DNA of 31,937 nucleotides, from the NCBI GenBank assembly GCA_033764315.1, contig JANRJA010000128.1:1-31937 (forward strand), in the 5' to 3' direction. The notes under the pieces were generated by a model. That model had not been told where the DNA came from. It worked only from the letters and a program-made list of their open reading frames with translations, and searched no databases. Source of the stretch: Oculatellaceae cyanobacterium bins.114. GTDB taxonomy: Bacteria > Cyanobacteriota > Cyanobacteriia > Elainellales > Elainellaceae. Shown in pieces: positions 26,001 to 31,937 of this stretch; the stretch's first letter is position 1, and each line of letters opens with the position of its first letter. The position numbers and the translations under genes were made by a program.

Positions 26001-29000
26001 AATCATCGAAAGTGTTACCATCACGGGCTTAGGTGCCAACCTGCTGACGATTCAACGCGACACGTTAGCTCCCGATTTTCGCTTATTCACCATTGATGAT
26101 GGCACTGCCTCCCAAATTACCGTTGACATCAGTGGATTTACCCTCAGTGACGGAATCTCTGATAACGGTGGTGCGATCCTCAACCGCGAGAATTTGGTCA
26201 TCAGCGATAGTGTCATTAATAACAACACGGCTGTCATTAGCGGCTTTGATACTGGCAGTGGCGGAGCCATCTGGAATGAAGACGGTAGCCTCAATATTCT
26301 CAACAGTCTCATCACAGGAAACGAGGCTGGTGATCAAGGAGGTGCAATTTGGAGTAATAACGGTGCAATTAACATTCAAGCCAGTCAAATCTCCAACAAC
26401 ACCGCTGATGGCAGTGGCGGTGGCATCTTCAGCAACCGGGGTAGCTTGGACATCCTGACCAGTACCATTTCAGGTAACACAGGAACATTCACGTTTGGAG
26501 ACGGGGGTGGCATCTGGCACTTTGGAGATGGCTTGGGCGAAGATTTGACGATTACAGCCAGCACCCTCTCTGGTAATAGCACAGGCGGCAGCGGCGGGGG
26601 TCTCTGGACGAGTACTGTTTTAGGTGACACATCCGCCACTATTCTTAGCAGCACAATCTCAGGCAATAGCGCAGACGATCGCAGCGGCGGCATTCAAAAC
26701 GATAACGGTCTGCTGACGATTAGCAACAGCACGATCACCAATAACACTGCTCCAGCAGGTCAGGGCAGCGGTGTTGGTAGCTTTTCAGGTATCTCTTCTA
26801 CCCGTACTGAAGTGCTCTCCAGCATCATTGCGGGTAACGTCGGTAGCGACATTGATGTTTTGTTTGGTTCAGATAGCTCGTTTGTGAGCAATGGCAATAA
26901 CCTAATCGGTACAGGCGAAGCAGTGGCGATCGACTCCTTTAACCAACCGACCGACATTACAGGAGTCACTAACCCTGGACTAAATCCGTTAGCTAACAAC
27001 GGTGGCCCGACTCAAACCCATTCCTTGACCGACACTAGCCTGGCTCGTGATGCAGGCAACGCAAATGGGCAAACGCGAGATCAGCGGGGCTTTCCACGGG
27101 TGATTGGCAGCAGTGCTGATATTGGTGCGTTTGAGGCAGATGAAGTAGTTGACCCCCTGATCGTCACCAACACCAATGACAGTGGGGCGGGTTCACTCAG
27201 AGCCGCCATTGATTTTGCCAACAGCAACCCCGGTGCAGACAGCATCACCTTTAACATTCCCACCAGCGATCCGGGCTATAACTCTGTCACTGGTGCATAC
27301 ACGATTAACCTACTCTCTGAGTTGCCATTCATCACAGAAACCATCAGCATCGACGGCAGTAGCCAACCCGGATTTGCAGGCGCACCCATCATTGAACTGA
27401 ACGGAGCCACTATTGGTGGGTCAACCTTCTCTGGCATCTTGTCGTTGGGTGGTGCAGATAACAGCGTCATTCGAGGATTGGTGATTAACAACACTCCGGC
27501 ATTGGCAATTCAGGTCAGTGGTGGAAATGGCATTGTTATTGCTGGAAACTACATCGGCACCGACGTGACGGGTACAGTTGCCCAAAATGGCAGCAGCTTT
27601 GGGATTTTACTATCGGGTGGCTCCAATACATGGATTGGGGGCACGACCGCGAGCGATCGCAACCTCATCTCCGGCAACGCCAGCGGAATTGCCATCGGCT
27701 TTGCGTCGAGTACTCAAATTCAGGGTAACTACATTGGTACTGATGCTACAGGAACAGTTGCGCTTGGAAACGGCACAGGAATTGACTTCTATTCAGGCCT
27801 CTTTGATACCAACAACGTAGTGGGAGGCGTAGTAGACGGGGCACGCAACATCATTTCTGGTAACACCAACAATGGCATCCTATTTAGAGGTGGGGCACAA
27901 GGAAACCAGGTTCTTGGCAACTATATTGGTCTAGATGCCAATGGCATCGCTTTAGGCAACGGCAGCAACGGCATCCAGCTTGAGTCAGGAGCCATTAACA
28001 ACACCATTGGTGACACGACCTTTGAAGGACGCAACGTTATTTCAGGTAATACGGGCAACGGCATTCTTATCACGGGCGGTGGCACGACCAACAATACAGT
28101 TATCGGTAACTACATCGGTACGAATGCGGCGGGAACGGGGGCGATCGCCAATGATGGCAACGGTATTCGGATTAGTGGCAACGGCAACATCATTGGTGGT
28201 TCCACCGCTGGGTCAGGCAACGTCATCTCCGGCAACGGCGACCAGGGGATTGCGATTCTGGGCAACAACAACACTGTGCGGGGCAACATCATCGGTTTAG
28301 ATGCTGATGGTTCAACGGCTTTGGGCAACCTGGATGACGGTATTTTGATTGCCAACGGCTCAAACAACACAATCGGTGGAACGACAGCGGGCGATCGCAA
28401 CGTCATCGGCAGCAACAGTAATAACGGGGTTTCCATTTCTGGTAGCAGTGCCATTGGTAATACCGTCCAGGGCAATTACATTGGGACGGCTGTAGATGGC
28501 ACCACTGCTCGTGGCAATGGTATTCACGGGGTTTCTATCGGTAACAGTGCCGCAAACAACTCGATTGGTGGCACAACCGCTGGTTCCAGCAACTTGATTG
28601 CCAACAACGGTGCTGATGGCGTGTCGGTGTTTGGTAACACCACGACGGGTAATACTGTTCAAGGCAATAGCCTCTTTAACAACGCCGATTTAGGAATTGA
28701 TCTGGGTAACAACGGCGTCACGGCTAATGATGCAGGCGATGGCGACACAGGAGCCAACGGGCTGCAAAACTTCCCGATCATTACAGCGGCGACTCTCAGT
28801 GGTGGCAACACTCTGTTAGCGGGCACCTTTAACAGCACTGCCAACACTAACTTCCGGTTAGAATTCTTCAGCAATTCAACCATTGACCCCTCTGGCAACG
28901 GAGAAGGAGGACAGTTTTTAGGATTTGCCAACGTCACCACCGATGGCTCTGGCAACGCCACCTTCAACCCAACCTTTGCAATAGCCGTTCCATTGGGGCA

Positions 29001-31617
29001 GTTCGTCACTGCAACGGCGACCAATCTCACCACCAACAATACCTCTGAGTTTGCAGCAGCAAGGGGCGTTACAGCTACTCCCACAGTCACCCTCGGACTG
29101 GCGGGCAGTCCTCTCGCAGAGAATGGCGGTGTGGCAACCGTGACAGCCACACTATCGAATGTCTCGGCGCAAGCTGTGACGGTCAACCTGGGCTTTACGG
29201 GCACAGCTACGAACGTCAATGATTACACCCGCTCTGGCACCTCTATCGTGATTCCGGCGGGCAGTTTAACAGGCAGCGTTACCCTGACTGGGGTCAACGA
29301 CTTGTTAGACGAGGCCAACGAAACCATCATCGTCGATGTTCTTAGCGTCACTAATGGCACAGAGTCAGGTACTCAACAAGTAACCGCCACTATTACCGAT
29401 GATGACCTGCCGCCTGTTGTTTCTATCAGCCCTGCCACAATTGTCCAAAACGAAGGCAACAGTGGTACAACGGCTTACACTTACACGGTTTCACTCTCTG
29501 CTGCAAGTGGCTTACCCGTCACGGTCAACTACACCACGAATAATGGCACAGCTACGGCAGGCAGTGATTATGTCGATAATGATGGCTCCCTTGTCTTTAA
29601 CCCCGGTGGATCGTTAAGCCAAAACATCACGGTGTTGGTGAATGGCGACACGACTGTTGAACCTACTGAAACTTTTACTGTTGCTTTGAACAGTGCTACT
29701 AATGGCACCTTGGGCACTAGCACTGCCACAGGAACCATTACCAACGATGATGTTGTGCCCTTGCCCGTTGTTTCCATCAGCCCGGTGACGCTGAGCCAAA
29801 ACGAAGGCAACAGCGGCAACACTGCCTTTACCTTTACGGTCACTTTATCGAGCAACCCCACCTCCAATGTGACGGTCAACTATACCACCAACAATGGAAC
29901 GGCGATCGCGGGTAGTGACTACACCGACAACGACAATTTCCTGGTCTTTACCCCCGGTGGCGGGCTAACCCGAACTGTTACGGTCAATGCTATAGGCGAC
30001 ACCGTCTTAGAAACCAACGAAACCTTTACCGTCACACTTACGGGTGCCACAGGTGCGACGATTGGCACTAGCACTGCAACCGCCACCATTCTCAATGACG
30101 AAGCAACCGCTAATCTCAGTCAACTGCTCAGTAGCGGTCGAGCAGTCGCCTTTAATGGAGTCACATCAGGTGACTTTGCCGGTGGTTCGGTTGCCAATGC
30201 TGGAGATATCAACGGTGACGGATTGGATGATTTGATTATCGGTGCTCGTCGGGCTGATCCCGGTGGACGTGCTGATGCAGGTTCGACCTATGTGGTATTT
30301 GGCAGCACGTCTGGCTTCCCGTCATTGTCTGCTCTAAATGGCACAAACGGGTTTAGAGTCGATGGCATTGCCTCATCCGATGCTCTGGGGGGTTATGTGA
30401 GTCGGGCTGGAGACGTTGACAACGATGGGTTTGATGATTTGATTATCGGGGCCCGTTCAGCCGACCCTAATGGCAGAAGTGATTCTGGTCAGGCATACGT
30501 TTTGTTTGGGGCAGCCAGTGGCTTCTCTAGTACGGTCAATCCTGCCAACCTCAGCCCCACCAGCACAAGTGTACCGAGAGGTTTCCGCATTACGGGAGCC
30601 AGCACCTTTGACTTAGCAGGGGCGTCGGTCAGCACGGCAGGCGACGTTGATGGGGATGGCTTTGATGATCTACTCGTGGGGGCGATCGGTGGAGATCCGG
30701 CGAGTACTCGCCAAGATGCCGGATTTAGCTACATCGTTTTTGGTCGAGCCAGAACTAGTTTTACTGCTAACATTAACCTCGCCACTCCAACCACCGGAAG
30801 CGTGATCCGATTAAATGGTATTGATGCAACCGATGCCTCTGGCTACTCGGTTAGCAATGCCGGAGACATCAACGGTGATGGGCGATCGGATCTGATTGTT
30901 GGAGCTATCAACGGCGACCCCAACGGCAGCAACTCCGGTGAAACCTATGTGGTGTTTGGTAGCCCTTCTCTTAAGACGCCTACGGGGGCGCAGCTTAACC
31001 TATCCTCGTTGACTGGTGCTAACGGCTTTAGATTAAATGGGGGAGCAGCCAGCGACAACTCCGGGTTTGCCGTCAGTGCGATCGGCGATATTAACGGCGA
31101 TACCATTGATGATTTGGCAGTGACCGCTCCGTTTGCTGACCCCAATGGTCGCAGTAACTCTGGAGCCGTCTATGTGGTGTTTGGCAAAACAACTGGTTTC
31201 TCAGCTAGCCTCAACCTCTCTAGCCTGAATGGAACCAATGGTTTCAAGCTCAATGGCATTGATATTGGAGACTTTGCCGGGGTTTCGGTGAGTGCGGCTG
31301 GAGACTTTAACCGAGACGGCTTTAAGGATCTGGTGATTGGCGCATCTAACGGTGACCCCAATGGCACAGATTCGGGTGAGGTCTATGTGGTGTATGGTCG
31401 CAATGGGGCAACGAATCCTTTTGCTGCCAACATCAACCTATCGACGCTCAATGGGTCGAATGGCATCACGCTCAATGGGTTGGCGGCTGGCAACCTGTTT
31501 GGTTACTCGGTTGCCTCTGGCAACTTTAATGGCGGTGGCGATACGGATCTGTTAATTGGTGCCCCAGGCAGTGGTGCAGGCGCGGCTTACGCCGTGTTTG
31601 GTACAACACTTAGTTAA
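20053..31617 (+). CDS. Giant (~3854 aa) modular surface/adhesin protein: DUF4347, five beta-helix modules, 3 Calx-beta and a 7-repeat FG-GAP propeller
   Basis: ATG 20053 after GGAGAG. DUF4347 motifs LHLVSHG, LVYGCSVA and GGNWDL; five VTNTND(S/T)G.GSLR.AI module starts; GNYIGT coils; two GGAI-rich modules ending DQRG..DIGAFE; Calx-beta (TA.AGSDY, E.NETF.V.L); seven GD.NGDG.DDL.IGA-type repeats. Confidence 0.92.
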   Translation: MPVLQGVDRHATSIQARLNTIIHLAANYDRPSSLSIRSPRPLVCIDRTVPDYYKLVNGTVSDCDIALLDSREDGILQITNALRHYQSVTVLHLVSHGKPGRLYLGNNELNETTIEYYADALRQWSNLLAPEAMILVYGCSVAAEDTTLLHRLHELTGRAIAASSTPTGDAAQGGNWDLDVVIGADAIADTDAIDSSTDAIDSSTDAIDFSTDAINRVSSPFTTINRVSIPSPFITDAINRVSSPFTPETLATYRGLLAIFTVTNTNDTGTGSLRQAILDANAAGGADEIRFNIAGAGPHTITPSTALPTITGQVTIDGTTQPGFAGSPLIVISGSSIPTGTGLSLSTSSSTIRGLVVNGFSGSGGRGISIAGSDNVIEGNIIGLAADGTTVAANAQGIDISSGNNNLIGGTTASARNIISGNSGVGIRVFDATATTIQGNYIGTDVNGNEDRGNLFGIQLNSSLTSPGLTIGGTTAAARNVISGNGTGIVLLNGNSSTIAGNYIGVNAAGTTAVGSVASNFTGIQVLTASNTIGGTTAGAGNVISGVNTGIVVAGAGSTANQVQGNLIGTNAAGTGAIINGTTGVSISGVGNTIGGSATGAGNVISAFQFGITVAGTDHVIQQNRIGTNAAGSASLGNVQAGIQVNTGANNLIGGTTAAERNVISGTFFGDGIQLLNSSTGNQIYGNYIGTNAAGTGAIANGNNGILIDSGSSNNLIGGTVAGQSNIIANNTQDGVAIAGTGTGNQIQGNSIFNNGQLGIDLGNNGVTANDVGDGDTGANGLQNFPVITGLTDGNISGTLNSTPSTTFRIHFFDNTAADGSGNGEGQRSRGFQDITTDGSGNATFNFGYAAEAGRPVVTATATSLSTGNTSEFSVAVNPLVVTNTNDSGLGSLRAAIAYANSVSGAQTITFNIPGAGPHTISPLTNLPDITGQVTIDATTQPGYAGTPLIALNGSLNGSPVDIGFNLRPGSDGSAFKGLVINNFDFAAFFVESNGNTFQGNYIGTNVAGTVDQGNGGGFSISGNNNIIGGAGANEGNLISGNGYGISLVGNGNTIQGNLIGTDVTGLVGLGNTFEGIALTLSTGNTIGGTTAAARNVIAANGDDAISLITQSNGNFIQGNYIGVGTDGATALGNGNRGIYLQESSSNEITDNVISNSATNGIELFGPSNLSDNNIIQGNFIGTDAAGTLDLGNTGAGILLRGGADNNTIGGTTAAARNIISGNDTNGITITNGATSNTILGNYIGTNAAGTADLGNSLNGVSIEDAGNNLVGGSTSGSRNVISGNNQIGVNIAGATAINNTVIGNYIGTNAAGTGAIANGSGNVTDAGVYIIDAINNTIGGFSSDERNVVSGNNGTGIILSDGATENSVRGNYIGTQVDGTSALGNSIGGIRIQNGAFENSIGGAITGAGNTIAFNTFEGIAIPSGVNNSILGNSIFSNTALGIDLGTDGVTANDADDVDGGANNLQNFPVLTAATVVGGNTTLAGTLNTTANTNIRIEIFSNDAADGSGNGEGQTFLTAITANTDGSGNYTINEVIAQDLTGKFITATVTNLNGDTSEFSGTIEALAGGDPLVVTNTNDSGVGSLRNAIAFANSNPGADVITFDTTSGSPFADATPDTISLTSGGFKIIDSVTLTGLGANLLTIQRDAGASDFRLFTIEGIGGSDITVTFEGLTLSGGRSIGAEGGYFGGGAIYNFEESVLIRNSALINNFSDNDGGAISSTGLLTIENSLIANNTADRGGGINIDSTSDDPPHTTVVSNSTISGNTATFEGGGIYTTYGSTQIRNSTITNNTGLDGSGSGVASSSNTTVEVVSSIIAGNTNSDVDVIGAFDSFFTSLGNNLIGTGNTEAIAAFTQPTDITGITDPGLNPLDDNGGPTQTHSLTDTSLARDTGSNPDGLTTDQRGAGFPRVSNGNIDIGAFEFFVNPLIVTNTNDSGAGSLRAAIDFANSNPGSDTITFDTASGVFADLTPDTILLTSGSFEIIESVTITGLGANLLTIQRDTLAPDFRLFTIDDGTASQITVDISGFTLSDGISDNGGAILNRENLVISDSVINNNTAVISGFDTGSGGAIWNEDGSLNILNSLITGNEAGDQGGAIWSNNGAINIQASQISNNTADGSGGGIFSNRGSLDILTSTISGNTGTFTFGDGGGIWHFGDGLGEDLTITASTLSGNSTGGSGGGLWTSTVLGDTSATILSSTISGNSADDRSGGIQNDNGLLTISNSTITNNTAPAGQGSGVGSFSGISSTRTEVLSSIIAGNVGSDIDVLFGSDSSFVSNGNNLIGTGEAVAIDSFNQPTDITGVTNPGLNPLANNGGPTQTHSLTDTSLARDAGNANGQTRDQRGFPRVIGSSADIGAFEADEVVDPLIVTNTNDSGAGSLRAAIDFANSNPGADSITFNIPTSDPGYNSVTGAYTINLLSELPFITETISIDGSSQPGFAGAPIIELNGATIGGSTFSGILSLGGADNSVIRGLVINNTPALAIQVSGGNGIVIAGNYIGTDVTGTVAQNGSSFGILLSGGSNTWIGGTTASDRNLISGNASGIAIGFASSTQIQGNYIGTDATGTVALGNGTGIDFYSGLFDTNNVVGGVVDGARNIISGNTNNGILFRGGAQGNQVLGNYIGLDANGIALGNGSNGIQLESGAINNTIGDTTFEGRNVISGNTGNGILITGGGTTNNTVIGNYIGTNAAGTGAIANDGNGIRISGNGNIIGGSTAGSGNVISGNGDQGIAILGNNNTVRGNIIGLDADGSTALGNLDDGILIANGSNNTIGGTTAGDRNVIGSNSNNGVSISGSSAIGNTVQGNYIGTAVDGTTARGNGIHGVSIGNSAANNSIGGTTAGSSNLIANNGADGVSVFGNTTTGNTVQGNSLFNNADLGIDLGNNGVTANDAGDGDTGANGLQNFPIITAATLSGGNTLLAGTFNSTANTNFRLEFFSNSTIDPSGNGEGGQFLGFANVTTDGSGNATFNPTFAIAVPLGQFVTATATNLTTNNTSEFAAARGVTATPTVTLGLAGSPLAENGGVATVTATLSNVSAQAVTVNLGFTGTATNVNDYTRSGTSIVIPAGSLTGSVTLTGVNDLLDEANETIIVDVLSVTNGTESGTQQVTATITDDDLPPVVSISPATIVQNEGNSGTTAYTYTVSLSAASGLPVTVNYTTNNGTATAGSDYVDNDGSLVFNPGGSLSQNITVLVNGDTTVEPTETFTVALNSATNGTLGTSTATGTITNDDVVPLPVVSISPVTLSQNEGNSGNTAFTFTVTLSSNPTSNVTVNYTTNNGTAIAGSDYTDNDNFLVFTPGGGLTRTVTVNAIGDTVLETNETFTVTLTGATGATIGTSTATATILNDEATANLSQLLSSGRAVAFNGVTSGDFAGGSVANAGDINGDGLDDLIIGARRADPGGRADAGSTYVVFGSTSGFPSLSALNGTNGFRVDGIASSDALGGYVSRAGDVDNDGFDDLIIGARSADPNGRSDSGQAYVLFGAASGFSSTVNPANLSPTSTSVPRGFRITGASTFDLAGASVSTAGDVDGDGFDDLLVGAIGGDPASTRQDAGFSYIVFGRARTSFTANINLATPTTGSVIRLNGIDATDASGYSVSNAGDINGDGRSDLIVGAINGDPNGSNSGETYVVFGSPSLKTPTGAQLNLSSLTGANGFRLNGGAASDNSGFAVSAIGDINGDTIDDLAVTAPFADPNGRSNSGAVYVVFGKTTGFSASLNLSSLNGTNGFKLNGIDIGDFAGVSVSAAGDFNRDGFKDLVIGASNGDPNGTDSGEVYVVYGRNGATNPFAANINLSTLNGSNGITLNGLAAGNLFGYSVASGNFNGGGDTDLLIGAPGSGAGAAYAVFGTTLS
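20617..20789 (+). repeat. In-frame array of 21-nt tandem units and REP-like 20-bp palindromes inside the giant gene
   Basis: ACAGAYGCGATCGATTYTAGT x3 (20620-20682); perfect palindrome AGACGCGATTAATCGCGTCT at 20685-20704 and 20757-20776; a partial copy at 20720-20736. Confidence 0.9.
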
Positions 31618-31627
31618 GAGATAGAAA

Positions 31628-31780
31628 TATAGCCGTGTCATTCAGGTTAGGACGAATCACCATTCGCCCTCCAAAAAGTTTGAGCTGATAGCAATTTGAT
31701 CTGATACCAATTTGACTTGAAAACGCGACAGAGCCTGGTATGGGCTTGGCACTGCCAAGCCCCTCCTGAACTTTGATCTG
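31628..31780. repeat. Cluster of nested or truncated MITE ends and REP-like palindromes after the giant gene
   Basis: AGGACGAAT/ATTCGCCCT IR (31649-31670); TGA|TAGCAATTT then TGA|TACCAATTT..ACAGA (31705 onward, same spacing as the 13833 element); GGGCTTGGCA-C-TGCCAAGCCC (31742-31762). Confidence 0.6.
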
Positions 31781-31937
31781 CCCAAAAATCCGTTTAATAT
31801 CCCTCTTTGGTCACTCTAAGCAGATGAAAAGATGAGTTGCAGGTTTAACTCATGTACGAGTGGACAAATAAACGTATTCATCTTGCGGGTTAATTGCTCA
31901 AAGCCGACCTGAAGTGAAGCAATCGGGAAAACCTCTA

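Noticed and set aside
20285..31555. Many antisense and alternate-frame ORFs within the giant gene (also within 16820-19429)
   Set aside because: Shadow ORFs expected from the Gly/Asn/Thr-rich repetitive codons; no independent motifs or RBS.
1..31937. tRNA, rRNA, transposase, integrase or reverse transcriptase (DGR/retron) genes
   Set aside because: No such sequences or ORF motifs were recognised in the window.

Overview
Cyanobacterial chromosome segment: HIP1 (GCGATCGC) is very frequent and heptamer tandem repeats are present, which suggests a filamentous lineage. Left to right it holds two nucleoside/simple-sugar ABC permeases, a gamma-aminobutyraldehyde-dehydrogenase-like ALDH, a TPR protein and a minus-strand alkylation-repair cluster (DUF4331-like gene, ada, Oxygenase-NA-like 2OG-Fe(II) oxygenase, alkA). 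Then come a Uma2 endonuclease, a small phage-like Cys-rich ORF, a PiT phosphate transporter, a PPC-like protein, a desaturase-family protein, a 4-OT tautomerase, an RRM (Rbp) protein and a hypothetical membrane protein. The right half is a 1.1k-aa filamentous-haemagglutinin-family exoprotein and a ~3,850-aa modular adhesin-like protein (DUF4347, five beta-helix modules, 3 Calx-beta, 7 FG-GAP). Main observations: (1) a near-E. coli Ada box lies in front of the DUF4331-like gene rather than ada, implicating this uncharacterised family in the adaptive response; (2) alkA is interrupted by a clean 24-nt hairpin element inserted in a HIP1-like octamer, resembling the tiny SDR5-type elements, and the adjacent oxygenase carries a 1-nt frameshift; (3) a REP-like palindrome array has expanded in frame (54 codons) next to a HIP1 site inside the giant adhesin; (4) several ~115-120 bp MITE-like elements have TAA target duplications. 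All family assignments come from motif recognition by eye; no database searches were run.
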